Shown: positions 45,734-55,943 of the stretch, piece after piece | Position numbering within the stretch: the stretch's first letter is position 1 | How the letters are laid out: each line of letters begins with the position of its first letter | DNA from: an uncultured Actinomycetota bacterium | GTDB taxonomy: Bacteria > Actinomycetota > Actinomycetes > JACCUZ01 | Reading direction: 5' to 3' | NCBI GenBank assembly: GCA_963794995.1 | Contig: CAWCFV010000002.1 | Span: forward strand, 3,021,556 to 3,085,555 | Length of the DNA stretch: 64,000 nt | The notes under the pieces: model-generated | Database searches by the model: none | Seen by the model: the letters and a program-made list of their open reading frames with translations, nothing else | Told to the model about the DNA's origin: nothing | Program-made: the position numbers and the translations under genes

Positions 45734-45755
45734 CGAACCGTCAGCCGAGCGCGCG

Positions 45756-45797
45756 ACCCCTCGCTGTCCGATCACCGGGCCGGAGGGGTTTTTTGTT
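45756..45797 (+). terminator. attenuator intrinsic terminator before ilvB
   Basis: ACCCCTC...GAGGGGT stem followed by TTTTTTGTT. Confidence 0.85.
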
Positions 45798-45830
45798 GGC
45801 CGCCACCCGTCCCACCCGAGAGGTCTCGCG

Positions 45831-47636
45831 ATGTCCGAGCAGGTCAGCCAGCAGGTGACAGGCGCGCAGAGCATCGTCCGGTCGCTGGAGGCGGCCGGCG
45901 TCGACACCGTCTTCGGCATCCCGGGCGGCGCCATCCTCCCGCTCTACGACCCGCTGATGGACTCCTCCCGGATCCGGCACATCCTGGTCCGGCACGAGCA
46001 GGGCGCCGGGCACGCCGCCACCGGCTACGCGCAGGCGACCGGGCGGGTCGGTGTGTGCATGGCCACCAGCGGGCCCGGTGCCACCAACCTCGTGACGCCG
46101 ATCGCCGACGCGTACATGGACAGCGTCCCGATGGTGGCCGTGACCGGCCAGGTGCCCAGCGCGGCGATCGGCACCGACGCCTTCCAGGAGGCGGACATCC
46201 GCGGCATCACGATGCCGATCACCAAGCACAACTACCTCGTCACCGACCCGGCCGACATCCCGCGCACGATCGCCGAGGCCTTCCACATCGCCTCGACCGG
46301 CCGGCCGGGGCCGGTGCTGGTGGACATCGCCAAGGACGCCATGCAGGCGGCCACGACCTTCACCTGGCCGACGTCGATCGACCTGCCGGGCTACCGGCCG
46401 GTCGCCCGGCCGCACGGCAAGCAGGTGCGGGAGGCCGCGCGGTTGATCGTGGCCTCGCGCCGGCCGGTGCTCTACGTGGGGGGTGGGGTGCTCAAGGCCC
46501 GCGCCTGGGCCGAGCTGCGCGTCCTCGCCGAGCTCACCGGGATCCCGGTCGTCACGACCCTGATGGCCCGCGGCGCCTTCCCGGACAGCCACCGCCAGCA
46601 CCTCGGCATGCCGGGTATGCACGGCACGGTCGCCGCGGTCACGGCGCTGCAGAAGTCCGACCTCATCATCAGCCTCGGTGCCCGCTTCGACGACCGCGTC
46701 ACCGGGAAGCTGTCCAGCTTCGCGCCGGACGCCATGGTCGTCCACGCCGACATCGACCCGGCGGAGATCTCGAAGAACCGGCTGGCCGACGTCCCGATCG
46801 TGGGTGACGCCCGCGAGGTCATCGCCGACCTCACGGTCGCGGTCAAGGGCGAGAACGACGCCGGCAACCACGGCGACTACGCGGCCTGGTGGGCCCAGGT
46901 CGACCGGTGGCGTACGACCTACCCGCTCGGCTACGAGAAGCCGGTCGACGGCTCGCTCGCACCCCAGTACGTCATCGAGCGGCTCGGCGCGATCGCCGGT
47001 CCGGACGCGCTCTACGTGGCCGGTGTCGGCCAGCACCAGATGTGGGCCGCGCAGTTCATCGGCTACGAGAACCCCGGCACCTGGCTCAACTCCGGCGGCC
47101 TCGGCACGATGGGCTACGCCGTACCGGCCGCGATGGGAGCGAAGGCCGGCCGCCCCGAGGCGACCGTCTGGGCGATCGACGGCGACGGATGCTTCCAGAT
47201 GACCAACCAGGAGCTCGCGACCTGTGCGATCAACGACATCCCCATCAAGGTGGCCATCATCAACAACGGCAGCCTCGGGATGGTCCGGCAGTGGCAGACG
47301 CTGTTCTACAACGAGCGCTACTCCAACACCGACCTGGGCGGGGCCGGCCGCAACGCCGCACGAGCCGGGTCCCGGGTCGAGCACATCCCGGACTTCGTGA
47401 AGCTCGCCGACGCCTACGGCTGCGTCGGGCTGCGGTGCGAGAAGGCCGAGGACGTCGACGCGACCATCGACCGCGCGATGTCGATCGACGACCGCCCGGT
47501 CGTGGTCGACTTCACCGTGCACCAGGACGCCATGGTCTGGCCGATGGTGCCAGCCGGCACGAGCAACGACCAGATCCAGGTGGCCCGCGACATGGCGCCG
47601 CAGTGGGACACCGAGGCGGGGGAGACGCGCCAGTGA
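45831..47636 (+). CDS. ilvB: acetolactate synthase large subunit
   Basis: [44 protein letters not shown] and [10 protein letters not shown]. Confidence 0.97.
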   Translation: MSEQVSQQVTGAQSIVRSLEAAGVDTVFGIPGGAILPLYDPLMDSSRIRHILVRHEQGAGHAATGYAQATGRVGVCMATSGPGATNLVTPIADAYMDSVPMVAVTGQVPSAAIGTDAFQEADIRGITMPITKHNYLVTDPADIPRTIAEAFHIASTGRPGPVLVDIAKDAMQAATTFTWPTSIDLPGYRPVARPHGKQVREAARLIVASRRPVLYVGGGVLKARAWAELRVLAELTGIPVVTTLMARGAFPDSHRQHLGMPGMHGTVAAVTALQKSDLIISLGARFDDRVTGKLSSFAPDAMVVHADIDPAEISKNRLADVPIVGDAREVIADLTVAVKGENDAGNHGDYAAWWAQVDRWRTTYPLGYEKPVDGSLAPQYVIERLGAIAGPDALYVAGVGQHQMWAAQFIGYENPGTWLNSGGLGTMGYAVPAAMGAKAGRPEATVWAIDGDGCFQMTNQELATCAINDIPIKVAIINNGSLGMVRQWQTLFYNERYSNTDLGGAGRNAARAGSRVEHIPDFVKLADAYGCVGLRCEKAEDVDATIDRAMSIDDRPVVVDFTVHQDAMVWPMVPAGTSNDQIQVARDMAPQWDTEAGETRQ

Positions 47637-48166
47637 GCAAGCACACGCTGTCCGTGCTGGTGGAGAACAAGCCCGGCGTCCTCGCCCGGATCGCCGGACT
47701 GTTCTCGCGCCGCGGCTTCAACATCGACTCGCTGGCGGTCGGACCCACCGAGCACGACGACGTCTCGCGCATGACCATCGTGGTCAACGTCGAGGAGCTG
47801 CCCCTCGAGCAGGTGACCAAGCAGCTGAACAAGCTGGTGGAGGTCCTCAAGATCGTCGAGCTCGAGGCGCCGACCTCGGTCCAGCGCGAGCTGCTGCTCG
47901 TCAAGGTGGCGGCGGACCGGGCGACGCGGTCCCACGTCCTCGAGACGGTGCAGCTGTTCCGCGCCAAGGTCGTGGACGTGGCGCCCGACGCCGTCACGAT
48001 CGAGGCCACCGGGAGCAGCGACAAGCTCGTGGCGCTGCTCCGGGTCCTCGAGCCCTACGGCGTGCGCGAGCTCGTCCAGTCCGGCATGGTCGCCGTCGGC
48101 CGCGGCTCGCGCTCGATGACCGACCGCTCCTCGCGGAGCAGCACCGTCACACCCATCGCCCGCTGA
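47633..48166 (+). CDS. ilvN: acetolactate synthase small (regulatory) subunit
   Basis: [34 protein letters not shown] and KQLNKLVEV. Confidence 0.97.
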   Translation: MSKHTLSVLVENKPGVLARIAGLFSRRGFNIDSLAVGPTEHDDVSRMTIVVNVEELPLEQVTKQLNKLVEVLKIVELEAPTSVQRELLLVKVAADRATRSHVLETVQLFRAKVVDVAPDAVTIEATGSSDKLVALLRVLEPYGVRELVQSGMVAVGRGSRSMTDRSSRSSTVTPIAR

Positions 48167-48200
48167 CCCCACTGCGGACCACCGACCCAAGGAGACCTGA

Positions 48201-49202
<1,002 letters not shown>

Positions 49203-49217
49203 TCCGCCCGAGGCCGA

Positions 49218-49247
49218 CGGTGGGGTGCCCGGACGGGCACCCCACCG
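49218..49247 (+). terminator. hairpin after ilvC
   Basis: CGGTGGGGTGCCC-GGAC-GGGCACCCCACCG: perfect 13-bp stem, no U-tract. Confidence 0.7.
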
Positions 49248-49301
49248 CCGGTCCCCGGCGCGGCGTCGTCGCCCACTGCGGGGGTTCCACTGCGTGGACG
49301 G

Positions 49302-49319
49302 TTGTGAATCCGTTCACAA
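49302..49319. promoter_or_regulatory. perfect palindromic operator TTGTGAA-TCCG-TTCACAA (Rex-type; also fits CRP/GlxR TGTGA-N6-TCACA) upstream of serA
   Basis: Ends 22 nt before the serA GTG. A TACGAT -10-like hexamer lies at 49329-49334. Confidence 0.7.
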
Positions 49320-49340
49320 GCCGGTGCCTACGATGTCCCG

Positions 49341-50948
49341 GTGACCCAGACAGCCACCCCCCGCCGCCCCGTCGTGCTCATCGCCGAGGAGCTCTCCCCG
49401 GCGACCCTCGCCGCCCTCGGCCCGGACTTCGAGGTCCGCGACGTCGACGGCACCGACCGGCCGGCGCTGCTCGCGGCCGTCGCCGACGCCGACGCGCTGC
49501 TGGTGCGCAGCGCCACCCAGGTCGACGCCGAGCTGCTCGCCGCTGCGCGCGGCCTGCGGGTCGTGGCCCGGGCCGGCGTCGGGCTCGACAACGTCGACAT
49601 CAAGGCCGCGACCCAGGCCGGCGTCATGGTCGTCAACGCCCCGCAGTCCAACATCGTCAGCGCGGCCGAGCTCGCCGTCGGCCTGCTCCTCGCCGCCGCC
49701 CGCCACATCTCGCCGGCTCACGCGGCCCTGCGGCAGGGGGAGTGGAAGCGCAGCAAGTACTCCGGGGTCGAGCTCTACGAGAAGACCGCCGGCATCGTCG
49801 GACTCGGCCGCATCGGCGCCCTCGTCGCGCAGCGGCTGTCCGCGTTCGGGATGACCGTGGTGGCCTACGACCCCTTCGTGGCCGCCGGCCGGGCGGCGCA
49901 GATGGGTGTCCGGCTGGTCTCGCTCGAAGAGCTCCTGCGCATCTCCGACGTCATGTCGGTGCACCTGCCGAAGACCGCCGAGACCGTCGGCATCATCGGC
50001 GCCGAGCAGCTCGCCACCGTCAAGCCCTCGCTGATCCTCGTCAACGCTGCCCGCGGCGGCATCGTCGACGAGGACGCGCTCTACGCCGCACTCAAGGAGG
50101 GCCGCGTCGCGGCGGCGGGTCTCGACGTCTACGACACCGAGCCCTGCACCGACTCCCCGCTGTTCGAGCTGGACACGGTCGTCGCGACGCCGCACCTGGG
50201 CGCCAGCACCGACGAGGCCCAGGAGAAGGCCGGCATCTCGGTGGCGCGCTCGGTCCGTCTCGCGCTGGCCGGCGACCTCGTCCCGGACGCGGTCAACGTC
50301 CAGGGCGGCGTCATCGCGGAGGACGTCCGGCCGGGCATCCCGCTGGCGGAGCACCTCGGCCGCTTCCTCACGGCGGTCGCCGGCGCCGTGCCCGCGCAGC
50401 TCGACATCGAGATCCGTGGCGAGATCGCAGAGCACGACGTGCGGGTGCTGGAGCTGGCGGCGCTCAAGGGGCTGTTCACCGACGTCGTCGAGGACCCGGT
50501 CTCCTACGTCAACGCCCCCGTCATGGCCGTCGACCGTGACGTGCAGGTCCGCATGAGCACCGACCGCGAGTCGCCCGACTACCGCAACCTGGTGTCGCTG
50601 CGCGCGACCCTCGCCGACGGCACCCAGGTCTCTGTCGCCGGCACCCTCACCGGCACCCGTCACGTCGAGAAGATCGTGGAGGTCGACGGCTTCGACGTCG
50701 AGGTGGCGCTGTCCGAGCACATGGCCGTCTTCCGCTACGAGGACCGGCCGGGCATCGTCGGCACCTTCGGCCGGCTGCTGGGCGACGCGGGGGTCAACAT
50801 CGCCGGGATGCAGGTCAGCCGGGACCGGCGAGGCGGGCACGCGCTGGTCGCCATGACCGTCGACTCGGTCATCCCGGCCGGCGTGCTGGACGACCTGGCC
50901 CGCGAGATCGGGGCCGAGACGGCCCGCCAGATCGACCTGGGCGACTAG
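49341..50948 (+). CDS. serA: D-3-phosphoglycerate dehydrogenase with ASB/ACT domains
   Basis: RAGVGLDNVD, VVNAPQSN, GLGRIG, VNAARGGIVDE, TPHLGAST and DRPGIVG. Confidence 0.95.
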   Translation: MTQTATPRRPVVLIAEELSPATLAALGPDFEVRDVDGTDRPALLAAVADADALLVRSATQVDAELLAAARGLRVVARAGVGLDNVDIKAATQAGVMVVNAPQSNIVSAAELAVGLLLAAARHISPAHAALRQGEWKRSKYSGVELYEKTAGIVGLGRIGALVAQRLSAFGMTVVAYDPFVAAGRAAQMGVRLVSLEELLRISDVMSVHLPKTAETVGIIGAEQLATVKPSLILVNAARGGIVDEDALYAALKEGRVAAAGLDVYDTEPCTDSPLFELDTVVATPHLGASTDEAQEKAGISVARSVRLALAGDLVPDAVNVQGGVIAEDVRPGIPLAEHLGRFLTAVAGAVPAQLDIEIRGEIAEHDVRVLELAALKGLFTDVVEDPVSYVNAPVMAVDRDVQVRMSTDRESPDYRNLVSLRATLADGTQVSVAGTLTGTRHVEKIVEVDGFDVEVALSEHMAVFRYEDRPGIVGTFGRLLGDAGVNIAGMQVSRDRRGGHALVAMTVDSVIPAGVLDDLAREIGAETARQIDLGD

Positions 50949-51049
50949 GACGGCACCGTGCCCGGGCGCGGGACGGCGGCCCGGGGTGTGTCCCAGCATC
51001 CGGAACGCGGCGCCATCTGGCGAGACATCGGTGCGGCTACCGGCCTACC

Positions 51050-51106
51050 GTGACGGACGTGCAGCGGCTGATCCTCGTACTTCGTCGCCGCGGCGGGGCC
51101 TGCTAG
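51050..51106 (+). CDS. putative leader peptide upstream of leuB, (V/M)[17 protein letters not shown]
   Basis: CTG ATC CTC GTA CTT (L-I-L-V-L) run, followed by a hairpin at 51112-51137 that lacks a U-tract. Confidence 0.6.
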   Translation: MTDVQRLILVLRRRGGAC

Positions 51107-51174
51107 CAAGGGCCGGCTCCCCGTCGCGGAGACCGGCGCTGGCCCGCCCACGCGACGCCCACGAGGAGCTCGAC

Positions 51175-51288
51175 ATGACCCGCACGCACCGTCACCCCCG
51201 GACCACCACGCAGCAGTCGCAGGCTGTGCAGCAGGCCGTCCAGGAGTCCCTGGACCGCCGCGACAACGGCGGCGAGACCGGCCACTGA
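51175..51288 (+). CDS. 37-aa small protein upstream of leuB
   Basis: GAGGAG RBS at 51163-51168 and ATG 51175. The stop lies 2 nt before the leuB start. Confidence 0.55.
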   Translation: MTRTHRHPRTTTQQSQAVQQAVQESLDRRDNGGETGH

Positions 51289-51290
51289 GC

Positions 51291-52334
51291 GTGGCTCCCT
51301 CCGCGCTGCGCATCGCGCTCGTCCCCGGCGACGGCATCGGCCCCGAGGTCGTCGCCGAGGGCGTGCGCGTCCTGGACGCCGTGACCGCCGCCGGGGTCAA
51401 GCTCGAGACCACCGAGTACGACCTCGGTGCCCGTCGGTGGCACGCCACGGGGGAGACCCTCCCGGACGGTGTGCTCGACGAGCTGCGCGGGCACGACGCC
51501 ATCCTGCTGGGGGCCGTGGGCGACCCGACCGTCCCCAGCGGCGTCCTGGAGCGCGGTCTCCTGCTCCGGCTCCGGTTCGCCTTCGACCACCACGTCAACC
51601 TGCGGCCGGCCCGGCTCTACCCAGGCGTGACCTCGCCGCTCGCCGGTGTGGCCCCGGGGGACGTGGACTTCGTGGTCGTGCGGGAGGGCACCGAGGGGCC
51701 CTACGTCGGCAACGGCGGCGTCGTGCGGGAGCGCACCCCGCACGAGATCGCCACCGAGGTCAGCATCAACACGGCGTACGGCGTGGAGCGGGTCGTCCGT
51801 GACGCGTTCACCCGGGCGGCCGCGCGGCCGCGCAAGCACCTGACCCTCGTGCACAAGACCAACGTCCTGGTGCACGCCGGCGGCCTCTGGGCCCGGCTGA
51901 CGGCCCAGGTCGGCGAGGAGTTCCCCGAGGTCACGACCGACTACCTGCACGTCGACGCCGCGTCGATCTTCCTGGTGACCCAGCCGCAGCGCTTCGACGT
52001 GATCGTCACCGACAACCTCTTCGGCGACATCGTCACCGACCTGGCGGCGGCGATCACCGGTGGCATCGGCCTGGCCGCGAGCGGCAACCTCGACGTCAGC
52101 GGGACCAACCCCTCGATGTTCGAGCCCGTGCACGGTTCGGCTCCCGACATCGCCGGCACCGGAACCGCCGACCCGACCGCGACGATCCTCTCGGTCTCGC
52201 TGCTGCTCGAGCAGGTCGGCCTGCCCGAGGCCGCGGCAGCGGTGGAGCGCGCCGTCGTGGCCGACCTCGCCGAGCGCGGCGACGCGCCGCGGAGCACCCG
52301 GGCCGTCGGTGACGCCGTCCTCGCCCGGCTCTGA
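51291..52334 (+). CDS. leuB: 3-isopropylmalate dehydrogenase
   Basis: [38 protein letters not shown] and [13 protein letters not shown]. Confidence 0.95.
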   Translation: MAPSALRIALVPGDGIGPEVVAEGVRVLDAVTAAGVKLETTEYDLGARRWHATGETLPDGVLDELRGHDAILLGAVGDPTVPSGVLERGLLLRLRFAFDHHVNLRPARLYPGVTSPLAGVAPGDVDFVVVREGTEGPYVGNGGVVRERTPHEIATEVSINTAYGVERVVRDAFTRAAARPRKHLTLVHKTNVLVHAGGLWARLTAQVGEEFPEVTTDYLHVDAASIFLVTQPQRFDVIVTDNLFGDIVTDLAAAITGGIGLAASGNLDVSGTNPSMFEPVHGSAPDIAGTGTADPTATILSVSLLLEQVGLPEAAAAVERAVVADLAERGDAPRSTRAVGDAVLARL

Positions 52335-52382
52335 GCCCACCTGCGCGGGGCGCCCCGGTGCCTCCGGCGGTACCGTCGGATC

Positions 52383-53471
52383 ATGAGTGACCCGGTCATC
52401 GAGCTCAGTCCCACGTCCTCGCCCCGCTCTGCCCAGCAGCGCGCCGCGCTCCTGCAGGACCCGGGGTTCGGGCAGGTCTTCACCGACCACATGGTCACCG
52501 CCCGGTACTCCCCGGACGACGGGTGGCACGGGGCGCGGCTCTCGGCGTACGCGCCGCTGTCGCTGGACCCCGCGACCTCGGCGCTGCACTACGGCCAGTC
52601 GATCTTCGAGGGCCTCAAGGCCTACCGCCAGCCGGACGGCTCGGTCGCGCTCTTCCGGCCCGAGCAGAACGCCCGCCGGTTCCAGCGCTCCGCGCGGCGC
52701 CTCGCGATGGCCGAGCTCCCGGAGCAGCTGTTCCTCGACGCCGCGTCGGCCCTGGTGAAGGCCGACCGCGACTGGGTGCCGGACAACCCCGGGGAGTCGC
52801 TCTACCTGCGGCCGCTCGAGTTCGCCCTCGACCCGTTCCTCGGGGTGCGACCGTCGCGCGAGTACCAGTTCCTGCTGTTCGCCTCGCCGGCCGGGGCCTA
52901 CTTCACCGGCGGGGTGCAGCCGGTGACCGTGTGGCTCTCGACCGAGTTCACCCGGGCCGCACCGGGGGGCACCGGCGAGGCGAAGTGCGCCGGCAACTAC
53001 GCGGCCTCGCTGGTGGCGCAGGCCCAGGCGGCCGAGCAGGGGTGCGACCAGGTGGTCTGGCTCGACGCGGTGGAACACCGCTTCGTCGAGGAGATGGGCG
53101 GCATGAACCTCTACTTCGTCATGTCCGACGGCCGGCTGCTGACTCCCGAGCTCACCGGCACGCTGCTGCCGGGGGTCACCCGCGACTCCATCCTCACCCT
53201 CGGCGCCGACCTGGGACTCGACGTCCGGCAGGGCCGGATCTCCACCGAGGAGTGGGCGGCCGGCTGCGCCGACGGGACCATCAGCGAGGTGTTCGCCTGC
53301 GGAACGGCCGCGGTGGTCACGCCGGTGGGCCGGGTCAAGCACGCGGAGGGCGCGTTCGACGTGGCCGACGGCGAGCCCGGCGCGGTGACGATGAAGGTCC
53401 GCGAGGCGCTGCTGGGGATCCAGCACGGCACGGCCTCGGACCCGCACGGCTGGCTGCACGTCGTCGCCTGA
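52383..53471 (+). CDS. ilvE: branched-chain amino acid aminotransferase
   Basis: FTDHMV, LHYGQSIFEGLKAY, LYLRP, AKCAGNYAAS, EEMGGMN, LLPGVTR and FACGTAAVVTP. Confidence 0.95.
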   Translation: MSDPVIELSPTSSPRSAQQRAALLQDPGFGQVFTDHMVTARYSPDDGWHGARLSAYAPLSLDPATSALHYGQSIFEGLKAYRQPDGSVALFRPEQNARRFQRSARRLAMAELPEQLFLDAASALVKADRDWVPDNPGESLYLRPLEFALDPFLGVRPSREYQFLLFASPAGAYFTGGVQPVTVWLSTEFTRAAPGGTGEAKCAGNYAASLVAQAQAAEQGCDQVVWLDAVEHRFVEEMGGMNLYFVMSDGRLLTPELTGTLLPGVTRDSILTLGADLGLDVRQGRISTEEWAAGCADGTISEVFACGTAAVVTPVGRVKHAEGAFDVADGEPGAVTMKVREALLGIQHGTASDPHGWLHVVA

Positions 53472-53556
53472 GCCCGCCGTCGACGGATTTGCCAGGTTTG
53501 CGCTCACGGGGGACGGTAGTGGGGACCCCTGTCACCGAGGAGAGGACCGCCCCGCC

Positions 53557-53967
53557 ATGAGCTCGCCCGACCCGGACAGCAGCACCGCGCCCCTGGAGAC
53601 CGCAGCCGTGATCGCCGCCGGCATGGCCGCCGGTGACACCGAGGCCGTCATGCGCGCCGTGGCGTCCGCCGAGGTCGTCGTCCCGCAGGCAGCCGGGTCC
53701 GACGGCGCCCCCGACGGATCGATCTCGCTCCCGGTCATCGAGCAGGACGGCACGTCCTACGTCCCGGTGTTCACCTCGCAGGCCGCGATGGCCGACGCGG
53801 CACCGGACATCGACGACGCCGTGACGGTGAACGCTGCCGAGCTGGCCGCGAGCTGGCCGGGCGAGGACCTCTGGCTGGCCGTCGACCCCGGCACCGAGGA
53901 CGGCCTCACCCTGCCGCCCGACGCCGTCCGCGCCCTCCCCGGCTACGTCGCCCCACCCCCCGCCTGA
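53557..53967 (+). CDS. SseB family protein
   Basis: AEVVVP, LPVIEQDGTSYVPVFTS and WLAVDPG, the pattern of the SseB N-terminal domain. Confidence 0.7.
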   Translation: MSSPDPDSSTAPLETAAVIAAGMAAGDTEAVMRAVASAEVVVPQAAGSDGAPDGSISLPVIEQDGTSYVPVFTSQAAMADAAPDIDDAVTVNAAELAASWPGEDLWLAVDPGTEDGLTLPPDAVRALPGYVAPPPA

Positions 53968-53992
53968 CCCACCCCCCACCCCCCGCCGCTCG

Positions 53993-54082
53993 GATTCGAC
54001 CACGTGAGGTAGGCCAGGGCACACGGCAACAGGCGTCGACGCCTGTTGCCGTGTGCCTCCACCTACCTCACGTGGTCGAATC
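53993..54082. repeat. two-tier palindrome (21-bp outer stem, 4x4 internal loop, 40-bp perfect central palindrome)
   Basis: 53993-54013 pairs with 54062-54082, and 54018-54037 pairs with 54038-54057. Both are perfect. Confidence 0.9.
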
Positions 54083-54169
54083 GCAGATGCGGGGTGCTGG
54101 TGGGGGGGTGACCAGGGGGTGAGACGGCGGTTCCGGAGGGTGGGCGCGGTGGGGCACTCTGGTCCGGAC

Positions 54170-54199
54170 ATGCGCACCACCGTCTGCATTACCAGCTGA
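54170..54199 (+). CDS. cimA attenuator leader peptide MRTTVCITS
   Basis: ATG CGC ACC ACC GTC TGC ATT ACC AGC TGA: three Thr, one Ile and one Val codon, followed by a terminator. Confidence 0.7.
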   Translation: MRTTVCITS

Positions 54200-54241
54200 G
54201 CGCGCCCGCCGGCGCTGCGACCCCGCACCCGGCCGACGCGC

Positions 54242-54275
54242 AGACCTCCCGCGACCGCGGGGGGTCTTTTTGTTT
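54242..54275 (+). terminator. attenuator intrinsic terminator before cimA
   Basis: AGACCTCCCGCG...CGCGGGGGGTCT stem followed by TTTTGTTT, ending 13 nt before the cimA ATG. Confidence 0.8.
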
Positions 54276-54287
54276 GCGGGAGACCCG

Positions 54288-55928
54288 ATGAGCAACACCG
54301 CCGGCAGCTCGCCGGAGCGACCACTGGCCGTCGACGACGCGTTCCACGTCTACGACACGACGCTGCGCGACGGCGCCCAGCAGGAGGGCCTCGCGTTCTC
54401 CGTCGAGGACAAGCTGGCGGTCGCCGGGCACCTGGACGAGCTCGGGGTCGGCTTCATCGAGGGGGGCTGGCCCGGCGCCAACCCCAAGGACACGGAGTTC
54501 TTCCGGCGCGCTGCGACCCAGCTCGACCTGAAGCACGCGCAGCTCGCCGCGTTCGGCGCGACCCGCCGACCCGGTGCGAAGGCCGCCGACGATCCCCAGG
54601 TGGCCGCCCTGCGTGACTCCGGGGCGGGGGTGGTGACGCTGGTCGCCAAGAGCCACGCCCGCCACGTCGAGCTCGCCCTGCGGACCACCCTCGAGGAGAA
54701 CCTCGCGATGGTCGGTGACTCGGTGACGCACCTGCGCGCCGAGGGGCAGCGGGTGTTCCTCGACGCCGAGCACTTCTTCGACGGGTACGCCGCCGACCCG
54801 GCGTACGCGCTGGAGGTGCTGCGCGTCGCGGTCGAGGCCGGCGCCGACGTGGCCGTCCTGTGCGACACCAACGGCGGCCGGCTGCCCGACGAGGTCGCGG
54901 AGGTCGTGCACGCCGTGCGCCAGGCGACCAGCGCGCGGCTCGGGATCCACTGCCACAACGACGCCGGCTGCGCGGTGGCCAACTCGCTGGCCGCGGTCGA
55001 GGCCGGCGCCACCCACGTGCAGGGCACCCTGAACGGGTACGGCGAGCGCACGGGCAATGCCGACATCCTCACGGTCATCGCCAACCTCGAGCTCAAGCGG
55101 TCGCGGCAGGTGCTTCCCGACGGCCGGCTGCGGGAGGCGACCCGGGTCGCGCACGCCGTGTCCGAGCTGGCGAACGTCCCGCCCTACAGCCGGGCGCCCT
55201 ACGTCGGGACCTCGGCGTTCGCGCACAAGGCCGGCCTGCACGCCAGCGCCGTCCGCGTGGACCCGATGCTCTACCAGCACGAGCAGCCCGGCAGCGTCGG
55301 CAACGACATGCGGATGCTGGTGTCGGACATGGCCGGTCGCGCGAGCATCGAGCTGAAGGGCCGCGAGCTGGGCTACGACCTCGCGGGGAACGACGAGCTG
55401 CTGGGCAGGGTCACCGCGAAGGTCAAGGATCTGGAGGCCAAGGGCTACACGTTCGAGGCCGCGGACGCGTCGTTCGAGCTGCTGCTGCGCGCCGAGGTCG
55501 ACCAGGGCACGGAGGACTTCTTCCGGGTGGAGTCGTGGCGGGTCATCGTCGACGCGCACACCGACGCGCACACCGAGGGCAGCTCGGCCACGGCCGAGGC
55601 CACCGTCAAGGTCTGGGCCGGTGGTGAGCGGGTGGTCGCCGTCGGCGAGGGCAACGGACCGGTGAACGCCCTCGACCACGCGCTGCGGTCCGCGCTGGCA
55701 CCGGCGTACCCCGAGCTCGCCAAGCTGGAGCTCATCGACTACCGGGTGCGCATCGTCGACGCCGCCCACGGCACGGACGCGGTGACGCGGGTGCTGGTCG
55801 AGACCAGCGACGGCGAGACCTCGTGGGAGACCGTCGGCGTCCACGCCAACATCATCGAGGCCTCGTGGGAGGCCCTGCTGGACGCGGTGAACTACGGGCT
55901 GCTCCGGCACCGCCGCGACCACACGTGA
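54288..55928 (+). CDS. cimA: citramalate synthase
   Basis: YDTTLRDGAQQEG, IEGGWPGANPKD, FLDAEHFFDGY, LCDTNGG, IHCHND, GERTGNA, FAHKAGLHASA, GNGPVNALD and DYRVRI. Confidence 0.9.
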   Translation: MSNTAGSSPERPLAVDDAFHVYDTTLRDGAQQEGLAFSVEDKLAVAGHLDELGVGFIEGGWPGANPKDTEFFRRAATQLDLKHAQLAAFGATRRPGAKAADDPQVAALRDSGAGVVTLVAKSHARHVELALRTTLEENLAMVGDSVTHLRAEGQRVFLDAEHFFDGYAADPAYALEVLRVAVEAGADVAVLCDTNGGRLPDEVAEVVHAVRQATSARLGIHCHNDAGCAVANSLAAVEAGATHVQGTLNGYGERTGNADILTVIANLELKRSRQVLPDGRLREATRVAHAVSELANVPPYSRAPYVGTSAFAHKAGLHASAVRVDPMLYQHEQPGSVGNDMRMLVSDMAGRASIELKGRELGYDLAGNDELLGRVTAKVKDLEAKGYTFEAADASFELLLRAEVDQGTEDFFRVESWRVIVDAHTDAHTEGSSATAEATVKVWAGGERVVAVGEGNGPVNALDHALRSALAPAYPELAKLELIDYRVRIVDAAHGTDAVTRVLVETSDGETSWETVGVHANIIEASWEALLDAVNYGLLRHRRDHT

Positions 55929-55943
55929 CCGTGGCACCCAGGG

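Noticed and set aside
50985-51030. IclR/NdgR-type operator upstream of the leuB leader
   Set aside because: Only a weak imperfect dyad is present, too degenerate to support a call.
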